From: Sphagnum compactum
Taxonomy: Eukaryota
Length of the DNA stretch: 64,000 nucleotides
Assembly (NCBI GenBank): GCA_965153455.1
Contig: OZ234493.1
Coordinates: 7,368,213-7,432,212 of the forward strand
Direction: 5' to 3'
A program made the position numbers and the translations under genes. This document shows positions 50,471 to 64,000 of the stretch, in pieces. How positions within the stretch are numbered: position 1 is the stretch's first letter; each line of letters opens with the position of its first letter. The notes under the pieces are model-generated. The model searched no databases. It had not been told where the DNA came from and saw only the letters and a program-made list of their open reading frames with translations.

Positions 50471-52211
50471 GATAATTTGAACACAAAAGAAACACTAACA
50501 ATGCCAAAGGGAACTATAATTTACAAAATTTTAATATTTGCCTTAAATTTCCTCATTATAGTCACATTTTAAAATTTTAAAAAAAAAATTGCAAATATTT
50601 TGTGTTATTAATGAGTGTGATAGTGACTCTAAAAAATGGTGTTTCTTATTAAAATGAATGATTAACAAATTTTTTTAAAAAAAGTGTGACACAAACAAGA
50701 ATGTGATTAAAATGGGCATGATTATAAAGGGGGTTTACCGTAATTAAAACGACAATTTCATTAATTGATGGCACATATTACAAAATATTGAAAAAAAAAC
50801 TCCAAATCGCCAGATTTCTACTATTACTTGCAGCAGGTAGCCAGAAATATAGAAAAGACTCTGATTCGTCAAATCTGGACCTGAAAAATACGGTTTCATG
50901 AGAATTTTTATGAGAAGGATTTTTCATGAGGAAAAAATGGCCCAAATTCGCCAGATTTTGAAGTAAAGAAGGAAAAAAAAATTTCAAATCGCCAGATTTT
51001 TACTATAACTTCCAGCGAGTAGCCAAAAATATAGAAAGATTTTTTTTTTTTTTTTTTTTTTTGTTTTCCCCTACTTTCGGAATAGTATGTTACCAAATTT
51101 GGCTAAATTATTTTCTGGATGATCGCCACTTTGACTACATCACATTATCCCCGACTGAAAAGAAACCCTGGCCAGGTCCACTGAATTCGGTAAACGACAC
51201 CGCGCGGCTATAGGTTCGTCTTCCTGGGACGGCTATCGAGAATATTCGGCGTGGCCTAGACAGGCCTGCCCTGTGCATCGTCGCTTCCTGCCAAGAACTT
51301 CGCGCAAGATCATCGCAAGGAGCGCGTTTGGTTTGCAATGCGACGTCTCTCCTCTTCCTTTTCATCTGCGATTATTGTTCACCGCGGCGTTCCGGCGACC
51401 TCTCCTCTGCGGTGTGTCTTTGCTGTGAGTTTGGCTCTTTTTTTCTTTTTCCTTTTTTTTTTCCCTTTCTTCTTTTTCTTCTTTTTCTTCTTCTTCTCAC
51501 ACCTGACTATGAATTTGCGTTTTTCTTTTCCCCCGTGCTATAGATCTCTGTTTTTCTACGGGTGTCTGTAAGGAATCCTGATAGAGACACCCGGCGTCTA
51601 GAATGCAAAAATGTTCAAGAACTCTCCGTCAACAGGAAGGTTTCCGCAAGGAATTGCTCCTCATTGATTGATTGATTGATTGATTTTTTTGTTGCATGGA
51701 GCATCGAGTCTTTCGGAAGGGAGTTTTAACAATCGCCTTTGTGATGTCATAATAGTGAAGGAGTGACAAAAGGAACGAGTCAGATGCAAAGAGTATGTGA
51801 GAGCGTCGTCGAGAGAATGATAACCTCCTTTTAGCAGCATTCTTTCAGAGCACTAGATTGTGATGAGCTTTGTGTGTTACAACCACTTAATACCTACTTC
51901 ATCTCTCAACAGGTGCAACAAAACTCAAGATTGTCAGAAACAAGGATCTCAACACCTTTGTTGAACTCTGCTGCTGCTGGCCTCCTCAAACGTTCTACTA
52001 CTCATCTCACGAGGTTTGGAGCTTTTCCCATCTCTTGAGCTTAGTCAATGGAGGTTGTATTTGTGGTTTTTCTAGGTTCTACTATCAAAGTTGTGAATAA
52101 TACAGATGATGCCAGCCATGGTTAGTTCATACCGAGAGCTTCCTTAATGAATTGCCACAGGCAGGCAGCAATCAAACAACAATCTGCTTCCCTCTCCCTT
52201 GGCTTTATGAG

Positions 52212-54148
52212 ATGTGTCAGAGTGTGAGTACTCACATGAGGGTGGTTAGTTGCCGAGGGCTGGAGGTCTCAGTTGTTGTGGGACTAGCACTTGTGCTTAT
52301 AGTTGCAAACTTTCTCAGCCCTAGCTGGCCAAGCTCGATTCGTCTGTTATCTGCTTGGAGAGGAGGAACTTCCCAGTTGCACGCAATGGCCACTGACTAC
52401 ACGCCAGCAATTGTTGTCTATGTCACTGTTCCTAACAAAGAAACTGGTAATTCGTTTGGCTTCCTCAAAGGACCTTACTTCCAAAGGCTCATGATAGCAT
52501 TGCAAATTCTACAACAATCTTATTGTGGAAGTTTCTTTGCGAGCTGTGTACATCTTTTGTTATGCTTTTTGCTTTACTTTACTAGAAGTCTAGTCTCAGA
52601 GAGTGAGGGGAGAGGTGAGAAGGGAACTAGAGTCCATCCAGAAGAAAGGTTAGGATAACTCATCATGCTGGAAATGCCTGAAGAGGAACCAAGTAAAGGC
52701 CAAATCGATTGTACCTTGTAGAAGAGGACTCTGAGAAGCTGGAAGTGTATTTTAGGAGGAAGAGGAAAACCAACAGCCTGGAAATTTGCAAAGGTCATTG
52801 GAGAGGAAGAAAATGTGCAAAGGATGAGGTGGTTAGGGTTGAAGAAGAGGAAATGGAATTCCAACAATGGAAGTTGGAAATGCTGACCTTGATTTGTGTG
52901 TCTTCAGGATCAAAGCTTGCACATAGTATCATTGAAAACAAGCTTGCAGCTTGTGTGAATCAGATTCCAGGTTCATACTTTCTCCATCTGAAACAGCCCA
53001 CTCTAAAGAAAACATGCTTCTGTTGTAGTGTATTTGATGCCAGATGAGTATGGGTGTTTCTGCACTATGTGCTCTTGTTCAGTATCAATACAGACCGTAT
53101 TGAAGCCTATGAAGGAACTTTGGGTGATGCAGCATTGACTCATGGTCCACATCTCCTGTTAAGATGATTGTGGGACCTTCAGACTGCATAATTTTGTATT
53201 GCTGTATCATAAGGGGATTATTGTTACTGGATTGCCGATTTGTGTCAATCAAATTGAATAATGCAATGCTTTGTTCATTGTTAGTGAAATATTTTCTGTG
53301 GGTTTGCTTGACATGACAGGTGTGGAGTCCACATATTGGTGGCAGGGGAAGGTGAGTTACATCTTCCCACTTTGAGTCCCTTCAAGATTGTTGCAGATAG
53401 GGCTATTGACCTATATTATTCGAACATTGTGCTGTACTGTGAAACTTCCAACCCAAAGTTTCCCATTAAATGTAGATAAAAAATTTGGGCAGCTATTGTG
53501 CCATAGTTTTCCCAGAGTTAGGTAGCTTGATCCTGGCCAATCTGTAACATCATACAAGAGAGACAAACTAGAGAGGGTGAATCCTTTACTTGATGCTAAC
53601 TAGGAAATGTTTCATATTGTTTCAGGTGGAGACAGATTCAGAGCTGTTGTTGATAATCAAGACAAGGCAGAGTCTTCTGCAACAACTCACTGACCATGTG
53701 ACAGCCAATCATCCTTATGAGTGAGTATTTCCTAGATAGAGTCTTCCCTGGGAGGATGTTTGCATCACTGTGTGAACTCTATAGTTATGATTGAAAAGGC
53801 ATATTTAGGCTTAAAATTCACCTCATAGGGACTTTTTGCATTTATTTTGATCTTCAAATTTAGCCACATAGATTCCTCTTTGATTAAAAATTCACATTCG
53901 GCTTATATTATTTAATGGTTGTGACCTTATTGTTTCTTCTACTGCATAACTAGCTTTGCTTGCAGCTTACAAAAATCAAAGCAACAAAGTTCTATCAAAG
54001 TAATATATGTACGTTGCAGCAATAGGGAGCTAAATGATTCTGTGGTATGTGCAGTACGCCAGAGGTTATAGCAGTGCCTATCACTGGAGGCAGCCACAAG
54101 TACCTGCAGTGGCTAGCAGAGAGCACACAAAAGGTGCTTGAGGCATAG
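52212..54148 (+). CDS. CUTA: CutA divalent-cation tolerance family protein, multi-exon, with hydrophobic N-terminal extension
   Basis: PAIVVYVTVPNKETG | SKLAHSIIENKLAACVNQIPG | VESTYWWQGK | VETDSELLLIIKTRQSLL...HPY | TPEVIAVPITGGSHKYLQWL...TAG 54148. Start uncertain; upstream exons at ~51603-51639 and ~51913-52013 can be spliced in frame. Confidence 0.93.
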
Positions 54149-56004
54149 AATTACATCTTGTCACTTTGTACAGTCTCATATAACACAGTACATCTGGGAG
54201 ATATTGTTGACAATATGCAATTTTTGCTGGGGTATGCTGGAATCTGCTCTGCAAATTCATGTGTCGTGTCTGCCTCTTCAATCCTTGGTAAGCTTCCGCC
54301 ACTCATTTGTGTATGAGCATCTAGTTTCTGCAGCTGAAAAACCTCTGGATTTATTTCCTTCCTAGGTACAGGGTGGACCTTGAAGGGTTTTTTTCCCTGT
54401 AAGCATCTGCTTACAAGGAAGGAATTTCCCTAAATCTGTTTGCACATATGTAAAGACATGCAATCAAAAAAATAATGTAAAATCTACTTGCAAGATATGA
54501 ATAATAATACTCAAGTAAGTTTGAATACTCAAATGTGCTAGACATGAACTAGTGGTAGCTAAGAAATCATTTGAGTTCACGATATGAGAACGACCACATG
54601 AAAATCAAACTTGTTTAATTAGGGCTCTACATACCTGTGCACTACTTTGTTTGAATCCAAATGCTATGTTGGTCACCATTACTTTGTTTGCAATTTTTAT
54701 TGTGCGGAGTTGACTATTGGTCGATCGTTAAATATTTGTTCTATTATACCTTAGTTCCTTGGCCAATTCATCACTAATTATATTATTTTCAAAAATGTTG
54801 AAATTTGCGAAAATTATTTCTTCCAAATCAAAAAAAATTGTGAAGGAGAATAGTGGATATTTAGGAATATTTCATTTGTTGAAGTGAATTTTTTGAGATT
54901 AATTAATTATTTGATGGATGTGTTGAAATGGTCAAGGTACTACGGTATTATATTTTGAAGGTGTCCTTATTGATCCAAATTTACTAACACCTCGTATTCC
55001 TTGTTTAATTGGAACAAGTTAAATAACCAAAGGAGTATATAATGTTTTATTAAAAAATGCCAATTTTTATTTTGTTATGATCACCATAGAACAATGATAC
55101 CTTAGGATAAAAACAATTAATTTTCAAAACACACAATGATGACAAATTTTAAAGCAAAATTTTTTTTGCAAGTTTTTTGTAGGAACACACAAGAAACAAT
55201 ATGTACATGTAGTTGCAATCTACAAACCACGAAGAATGCAAATGTCTTTTCTAAATTCGTCTTGACATACTACTAATCAAAGTGAACAAAAGGTGACCCA
55301 AAGAAAGTCATAAGATTTGTTGTCAAACACCAATGCTTACAAATTGAGTTTAATTTGAAATGAATTGACATTTTTTCAAAAACCATATTAGTTGATAAAA
55401 AATAATTTTAATATTTCTTTTTCATTTTTACATGGTTGAAACATGTTAAAAGTTGGGGTCTTGGTTGTTTTTTTTGTTTTTTTTTTCAAAATTTTAATAT
55501 TCTAGTTAAATCAATCACAATGCACCATCTTCAACTTACTATCGTAATATACCAAATCGAAGTTTTTGAAAACCTTCATATTTTGTTGCACAAACATATT
55601 ATTATTTACAAGTGCATGTTCTTTACATTCATATAGGGCATTTGTGTTTCATTTTCTTTCATTTAACAACTAGACTTTTAGTTTAATGATGTACGAAATA
55701 ACGCATTTTTTTATATTTACAAATGAATTAAAATAAGATTTGAAATTTGATTCACCTAACGTTAGCATACATTCTCCAAATGTGAAAATCAATTGATTAT
55801 TTACCTAATTGAAATAGGATTTGAAATCCAACTCACCCAACAATAGTATATATTTTTCAAATGGGAAAATCAATTGATTATTTATTTAATTAAAATAGGG
55901 TCTAAAATAGGACCCACTTAACATCAACATACACTTTCCAAAGGGGAAAATCAATTAACTCAAGTTGTAATCTTTTTATTTTAAAAATGTGTTTAGTGTT
56001 AAGG

Positions 56005-56922
56005 TGTTGTAATTTTAGCTTTGGGCTCACAACGAAGGCAAGGGTTTGCAAAGGTGCGGGCCAAAAGTGAAGCCTACGAGTCACATTTCATGTTCCGGAA
56101 GTGTAGGAGAGTGTGAAAGAATGAACCCACACACTCCATAGTGGGCTTTCACTTTGGGAGTTGGAGTCTCGATGAACTCCTAAATTTTTAGAGGGCGATT
56201 GCAAAGGTCAAAATTCATTGAATTTAAAAGTTTATTATATTTTTAAAAAGCTCTTGAGACGTAGATGTTTTAAATGGGCTTGCATGACCCGTTTGGGTAC
56301 TTAAAACATAAGTTATGGCCAAGAGAAGGGTCGAGAGTCAAATTGTCAATTTGACTCCCGACCACTAAAAGTCAGGAATCGCCTTGATTTACTTGCATGC
56401 AGGTGGCATGCCACACATCGTTGGAAATATCTTAACGAAGGCTATAATTTTGTTTCAAACCTCACCTCGATCAGAGGTTTGCACAAGAAGTTATGGCCTT
56501 CCAAAGTTGCAGGAGTCCCAATTTCAAAAATATCGAGACCCCCAACTTGAGAGTTTCTGGACAAAATGACATTTAGGTGCAAACCCCGTGGTCAAGCACA
56601 TAAAATATTATAAAGGGGAAGGTGGTGGCTTCCTCCAAGTTCGAGCCGTGGTGAATTTTGTGCGTCCGTGTTTGCTCATGGCTCGTTCGTGCACCAAAAG
56701 TGTTTCAACTACGCATTGACCAACTTGTTATTTGGTTTGTGTAGGTTTGTGTGAATAATTGACCCACTTATCATTCATTCTAGTCCCCATTTCGGAGCTC
56801 CAGCACACCCATTTACCCTCGAAATACTACGAACGAAGGAACGTACCTCAACTCCTTATCCTTTCGTTGTTTTCACTTTTGCACTCGCAGTTGAGTCTAT
56901 CAAGGAGTTTGGGGGTGCGTCA
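56005..56922 (+). mobile_element. Probable solo LTR (~918 bp)
   Basis: TG...CA termini (tgttgtaa...gcgtca), flanks taagg/taaag (4 of 5 match), GC-richer than the flanks, no ORF, and degenerate relatives elsewhere in the window. Confidence 0.7.
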
Positions 56923-59900
56923 TAAAGACACAAAATACCACGAGAACAAAGGTCAAAAGAAAAGGTTTAAGTCTAACTTTTAAATAAAAAACAAGATAAG
57001 ATTATGTGATTCCAAAACAAGAACACAAGAATTAAGAATAAGAATACGAGGTGTGTAAGACCAACGTGAAAATAAATTTTTATTATGTTAACATATACAA
57101 ACATGAACATGAAAAGAACATGACAAGGTTATGGTGTAAAATCATGCCTAAGATTGGTGTTGAACAAATTGAAGGAAATGAAGGGTCTTACTCCTATTTA
57201 TACCCCTTTGGGGATTTAGCTCAAAGAAGTTTTCATGGAAGTCTATGTGTGCATTCGGTAAAAAAACTTCTTGAAAACCTTCCTAACTAAAAGTTGACTA
57301 TGAGTTAATTGAAATTTAATTTAAAATTAATTCAAATTTAATTAAGAGTCAACTGAAAATTAACTGGGGTTAATTATGAATTTATTAAAATTTAATTGGG
57401 ACTTAATTAAAAGTTAACTAAGAGTTAACTAAGAGTTAACTAGAAGTGAACTAAAAATGAACTACAATTTAATTAGAAGCTAACTGAAAGCAGATTAATT
57501 TAAACTACGAGTTAGATACATGTACATTACAAGTCATGGGTGAACATTCGAATGACGAACCCGATGACATTGTAATTTATGACGCCTAGCTTGGGGCCTT
57601 GTCCTACATATAATTCGATGTATAAGTTTCAAATTTTCATTTCTTATGATGTGATGTTATAATATATTTGTGCCAAATAAATGTAAATAATAATGTACTA
57701 AAAAATGCAAATATATTCCAAATTGAAATGATTTTTAATCTTTACAAAACTTTTAATTTTTATTAAATATTGTGATTCCATATGATTGAACTAAATTTAT
57801 GAACTATGTGAAGAGTTTTTTAAGGCAATGGCCATAAGTATATGATAAGAAATGTGAAATGGGCCATTTAAAAAAATTCCACTCCAAATAGTTTTTGGTT
57901 GATTAATTCAAACCCAAAACTAATGCAATCTAGTTTTTTTTAATAAAAATTTAATATTTATTTTAAATTTATCTTTTTCAAATAATATAACAATAATTTT
58001 GTGGAAATCAAAATATAAAACCTAAACACCAAAATTCAACACATTTTGAAAATGTATGCTTTTGATACATGTCATGAAAATGTCAAGTTGACCCCCTCAT
58101 AATGTGTTTTCACCCATTTGGCCTTTCTTATGAAGTACTCTAAAACCCACAATAAAATAAAAAACATTTGTTGAAATTTTGGTAAACAGAAAATTGTTCA
58201 AATTTTATAACTTTTTGAAAAAGCTTTAATCAACAAGTGTTTTGCATATGACAAAGGACTTTAAGAACATGGTCAAATCATTCCAAATTTAGAAGATTTC
58301 AACTTCACAAGCAGACAAACACAATTTCAAAAGATGAATAGAAAAAACATTGATTATAATCAATGGAGGTTTTCCAATGCAATAACATATAATTTTCATT
58401 ATTTGTCAACAATTGTTTTGGCTCCTTTTACTTTGAATACATTCATTTGTACATGGTATAAGGTTTACATATGGCAAAAGATTAGAGCTAAATCCAAGAA
58501 AATGTTTTTAGGCCTTCGGGTTCATGTGAAATCTTGTCCCTTGTCAAATCTTTTGCCTTCATATCACCCTTGAAAGTCAAAACAAATTAAAAGTTGCCAA
58601 TTAAAAGGAATTGGTCACATTCTTACTTACCATCTTTTAGAACTTAACCAACTAGTTTGGCATTACCCTTATAAGTAATGGGGATAAGTAATGGGGATAG
58701 TATACCAATGCCTTTTGAAGTTATCAAGTTGCCTTACTAGGTAAATTAACCCCTAGGCTGAAAATAACCCTTAAGCACAAAATAAATAATTAACCTCCTT
58801 TCACATTGTCTTTTATCATTTCCATGTTCCATTTCAAAGTCATTCAGAGGATTAAAAAACTAATATTTTTATATGGTTCATAATCAAATTTCATTTCAAC
58901 TGATTTATAATACACTTATGATTCAAAATAAATTTGTTCAGAATAAGCATCTTTAATGTTTAGAATGTTTAGAGGCCGGGCATGCATTTGTAGGATGTCA
59001 TATTTTGTTTCTTCTAATGAAGATTGTCCCTTTCAAGAATTCAAAGTTGCACCAAGAGTTTTGCAACATATCATTAAGAGGTTGAATCAAAAATTCTTTT
59101 CCCATTTGCAACACGTCTATGATTGTTATGAAATATTGATGACTTACAAAGAAAGACAAACTAAAAAGGTTCATAATCAAAATTTAGGATCATATGATTA
59201 GGGGAACATAACATAGAAGAAAAAAATGAAATGTGTGATGTTTTTCAATTTAAAATTCATTTGTTAATTGTTTGTGACATTGTATTTGCATTTGTCCTCC
59301 TCCTACAAGTTTAAAATCATAATCATTTCATTTGTTCCTCCTTACAAATACCTTAACATTTTTTTGCTTTACGTTGAATGTTTAAGGCCAAATCAATCTA
59401 CTCGCAAATCCTTAGTAAATTTGGGCCTTGTGAAAATGACATATTCACAAATTGTGTTTGTGTTTTTTGTTTCCATTCTCTTTTGCTCATAATTTGCATG
59501 ATTATTTCAATTTATTGCAACGACACAAATTTAAGGAATGTCAAACAAGAAGACCATTCATCAAGGTTATGTTTTATGTACAAAATAGTCACTTTAAAAA
59601 TGATTCACATAATAGAATGATTTACATAATAAAATGATATTCATAGAAAAATAATATTGTTGTCCCAACCTAAAAATTAATTTCAATTTTCTTCACATTT
59701 TATGGTTGTTTAAAAAAAGATGTCTACATCAAGCCTCCCTTATTAAAATTCCTCAAATATTATTTTTTCCATTGGTTGTGAAAAGAAAAGAAAAACATAC
59801 TTCATTAAACTCAAAATTTTAATCAAATTCATTTAATAAATTCAAGTAATTTCAACCACCATCCATATATAATGATACCATATAATTTGGGATACACCAT

Positions 59901-60981
59901 CAACCAAATGTATTTTCAAAACAAGGCATCATTAGTAACACACACCTACCATGTACATAAAATGCAATTCTCTTGCTAATTACACATGTATCTTGAACTA
60001 ATTCACATTTGTTTGTACAATTTGCAACAATAATTTCATAATGGCCTTAAACCCATGATTCATGTTGAATGCACACATGCACACATGCCCATTCCCACAC
60101 ATAGCAATCCCATTGAATCATGAACCTTGAGAAGGTACATGATGAATGTCATGCAAAACCAATGACATGTCGTCATTATTACAACAACTCATGATAAATG
60201 ATTGTATTATATTGCCTACACATATTGACAAATTAAAAACTTGCCAACAAGGTTCAACACCTACCAAACTAGTGGCCATATTAACATGCTTCAATTAAGG
60301 TCGATGTGCCAATGATAACAAGTGCACCCCTAACATTAAAATATTTAGATATTTACACATTCACACTTGTAGAGATGTTGTGTATTGATTGACACTTAGT
60401 TGATAATCAAAAGTCCCAAGATCTAATCACTCATTTGCACTTGTTAAATTACACTTCACATGAACCTATGGCAAGGATCCTAACAATTGTTCAATGCATT
60501 ACACTATGTAGGTGAAATATTGTGATACATGAGTTAACTACAAGACAATAATTCAATTACCCTTGGTATAATGGCAACCATGTCAACCCAAAGAATCAAA
60601 TTAACAACTTGAATATTACCAATTTAAATTTTGTATTATATTATCCCCTTTTTAAATGGCTAACATCATCACTAGCATTAATTAATTGATGTCAATGAAG
60701 GGTCTCATTTGCTCTTCCATCCAACCTTTTCTCCTTTCACTAACTAATGAACCAACACACATATTTATGACTATAAACATGAGGAAAACATTGCTTTACA
60801 TGCAGTATATAAGATTTCAACATGGAATTTGAAGCTTGAAAGGAATGAGATAACATTGAGAATAGTAACAAAACCAATGACCTTTCAAGTTATCCTTATC
60901 CATTGCACCATCATGATATTGTCCACCGAGATGAAATGCTAGTAAAACCCGGCATCGAAACCCACATGTAAGAATCAACAT

Positions 60982-61131
60982 CAACAAGAAAGGAAATTAA
61001 TGACGTTCAAAAGCTCAATGTAACAAATATGGCACAAAAAGATGCCATTATTCTCCAACAAGAAAGGAAATTAATGACGTTCAAAAGCTCAATGTAACAA
61101 ATATGGCACAAAAAGATGCCATTATTCTCCA
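60982..61131. repeat. Perfect tandem duplication, 74 bp x2
   Basis: caacaagaaaggaaattaatgacgttcaaaagctcaatgtaacaaatatggcacaaaaagatgccattattctc at 60982 and 61056. Confidence 0.93.
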
Positions 61132-62181
61132 CCAAATAATTGTGGGAACTTCCAAATTATATTGATGTGCATGCACTTGGAAAACATTGAATGTGATTAA
61201 GGTCATGACACAACCAATGCATAATCAAATTGGGATTTTGTGGCATAGACCACCCACCCACCTCAATGATTTGCTTCTTGCAAATGTTGATGCCTAATGT
61301 TGCCTTTGTAGAGACTCCATCTTCTTGTAAAATATGAAATAACGCTTCTATCAAATGTAAATCCGCTCCTCAACAACATGGCCGACTATTCTCAATTGAT
61401 GTAACATACATTCATTGGACCTACATTGCTTTTCATACGACTGAACATTGCCTTATGGTACTTTGCCTCACTCACATCTCTTTTGGATCTAATGCACTTG
61501 CATCAAGCACTCCAACAATACAACTATTATAAACGGAGTTTAAACCCAAAGAATGATCACAAGTTTGCATTCTTCTAGTGAAAATTTGAGAAAAGATAAA
61601 CTCATGATGTTATGTCCATGGTGTGCTTGTAATGATGAAATTCAGACTCAAAAAAGAGTGTCATAGCTCACCACCATAGTTGTTGTGCCTCACTACTCCA
61701 TAGAAGAAAATATAAGGCAAGGAAAATAGAGTTGGAAAGTGATGTAAAATGTGAGCACAGGTGAGTGTTTTCAGAAAACACAAAACAATAAATCTGCTAA
61801 ATGGAAAGGGTTGACCAAGTATCTTATTGCCTTTCCAACTTGTTGGAGGCAAGTTAATTTCTGCTGATTGTTTTCAACTTGTGCTACTCAAACTAGTGTG
61901 TGTTTTCAATAGCAAACCTTCAGACAATGCTCTGAAGATCAATTGGTTTGAGACGTATTCTGATATGTCTCTATAACACAAGAACAAAAGGGCACATTTG
62001 GATGGCTACAGATGTGGGTCATTGCAAACAGCAATGACCCACCCACAAACCCACCCACCCATCCACAACAACAGAAAGCTGAAACCTCCTCCTCACAACA
62101 CGTTGTGTCTAGAGCTTAACCCAAGATTAAACCTTTGTTCCATGGAGAATTTTGATCTTGTGTTGGGGAAGTTTTGGAGTT

Positions 62182-63786
62182 TCAATCATTGCTTTCTTCC
62201 ATTGCTCCTCCTTTGTGAGTGGACTTATGGGGCTGGAGATGTAACCGTGTCACCAAAGGTTTAGGTGCCCTTGAGGTCCGATCAAACCCACGCACACAGA
62301 CATATCCTGCACACATCCCCGCATCCATCAACACACAGTCAACATTCCTGTATAGTTACTGCAGCTATGATCCTCCACATACCATGGAACAAACAGCAAT
62401 AGAAGGGCAAGAAAAAGCACATAACAAATAGAAGACTGAAATGGCTCCCTGATAGTATGTGATTTTCAGATGGTCTCCATGGTTCTGGACATCAATTAAA
62501 AATGTTACTACATGTAAATTACACAGAAGTAAACATAATGTCCACCACCCACATACAGGGCTCAGATGGAGGCAAATTAATTACAACCCACAATTTCCCT
62601 AAATAACAAAGACAAACCATCAATGGGTTTTTTTTCTTACATCTTCTTCATAAGTACTAAGACTTCATCAATACTTATGATAGAAGTCAACCTGACAAGG
62701 ATTGAGAGAATGTGCCAAAAAGAAGGTTATTGGTTATTTCAGATTTGACAACAGAACAGCAACCAATCAGCAAACATGAAAATGAAGGAAACCCAAACCC
62801 TAAACAAAAGAGGAAACAAGACAAAAAAACAAAAATTGAGGAGTTGTTTCAATGACAGCAAAAGGCATACACATGTTCAAGGACCTTCTGCAGCAGCAAC
62901 ATGTATAGTATTGACTATTGACCACATACCATAACATCCCCAATGACTTCGTCATTGGTTCAGGGCAAGGGGTGTATATTATTATCAAACATTAAACCAA
63001 CCCACTGAGTTCCTGTCACAAGAGTGGCAGTACTGGGAAAATTCAGCCATGAATTCATTACACTTATAACCATAAGGACCTTCCTGCTCCTAATGGTTAA
63101 GTCCAAGATCCCTCCTACTCCTACCAAATTGTGATCTCCATATGCTTAGGCTGATGATAAGGTTTGCCTCATGCTTTATGTTGGGTAGGGCCCATGGGTG
63201 TGGGGAACATTCTGGAGCCCCTCATTTTTCGAATGTCTCTGCCCTGGGGCTTTACCCTACACTTATGGCTTATGTTAATGTCAACGTCATACATTCCTAG
63301 CTTATAAAAAGGCTACTGCCCTGGAGGACCAAAATTAAATTTGTACTTCAAGTTACACCCAAAAATTTATGATGTTTTTGTCAAGTCTACTGGACATGGA
63401 TTAAAGTCTGTGGGTCTCTAGTTCCAGAAGTTAACAGCTGAACCCTAAACCCTAAACATGCGCTGGAAGAACTGATAACCGTACCATTCTACAGAAGACA
63501 AGGTTGGGAAACCCAAGTCCTTGAAACTGTTGGTGTTGTGATTGGACTTCCTCAGTTTCAGGTTCTAAATTTATACCACTGTTTACATTGAACCAATGGT
63601 TTTGGCAAAGAGGCAACAGGAATTGGAGAGGTGGGATCAACCCATCCTTCATTTCTCATGAGAGCACACACTTCAAATTCCGCAGCAATGAAACTACATA
63701 TTGAGACAGAGAAACACAAAATTAGGCGTGCAAGAAGTGTAACATACCTCGCCAAAAGCATGCTTGAATCTCCTGTGTTGTCATAC
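62182..63786 (-). CDS. 3' end (last two exons) of a DEMETER/ROS1-family 5-methylcytosine DNA glycosylase; the gene continues beyond the window
   Basis: The 39-bp exon 63748-63786 (GMTTQEIQACFWR) splices in phase to 62182-62306 (GYVCVRGFDRTSRAPKPLVTRLHLQ...*). This matches the conserved DME/ROS1 C-terminus I-Q-x-C-F-W-x-G-F/Y-V-C-V-R-G-F...R-A-P-R/K-P-L-x-x-R-L-H. Confidence 0.88.
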
Positions 63787-64000
63787 CTGCACAACAATAG
63801 ATATCCACAAAACCCAAAAGCACAATTCATTCAATCTCGTTGGAACACATGACTGTGCACTCCCATATGGTTTACATACAGTGATATCTGGATTACAAAA
63901 ACACGTCCAAAGCAAAAGGAGAATATCCTCTCTGGATCTCAAGTTCTTATAAATGAACATTTTTCACTTTTATAATTTGTACAGAAACTCAAAGAAGGGG

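Noticed and set aside
59850-61500. Possible decayed coding or transposon remnant on the minus strand
   Set aside because: The composition hints at eroded coding DNA, but I could not recognise any motif or sustained frame; a translated search is needed.
26119-63786. Apparent epigenetic cluster (transposon DNMT, SDN nucleases, DME/ROS1, with ENY2 nearby)
   Set aside because: The DNMT is a mobile insertion and unrelated genes are interspersed; there is no evidence of co-regulation, so this is most likely coincidence.

Overview
Eukaryotic, intron-rich land-plant genomic DNA. A bryophyte, probably a peat moss (Sphagnum-like), is inferred from the gene set, telobox motifs and repeat style; this is not proven. 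Host genes recognisable from spliced exons: an AFG1-like ATPase (-), ENY2/SUS1 (-), a GcvR-like double-ACT protein (+), a tandemly duplicated SDN-type DEDDh exonuclease locus (-) whose upstream module has lost catalytic residues, a small YfiM-like membrane protein (+), a DUF427 protein (-), CutA (+), and the last two exons of a DEMETER/ROS1 DNA glycosylase (-). The main feature is a ~6.4 kb degenerate Ty3/gypsy-type retroelement at 24696-31131. Its broken polyprotein reads C5-cytosine DNA methyltransferase - RT - RNase H - integrase - PHD finger, with no recognisable gag or protease. It also has no matching pair of LTRs. Instead it has TG...CA ends with short imperfect inverted repeats, a GGAA target-site duplication, a CpG-dense microrepeat leader and a 178-bp tandem repeat at the 3' end behind a G-tract. 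Intergenic DNA holds a MITE, a probable solo LTR, a small Helitron-like element, two tiny TSD-flanked insertions sharing one end, and several tandem or foldback arrays. Exon boundaries were read by eye and are approximate.
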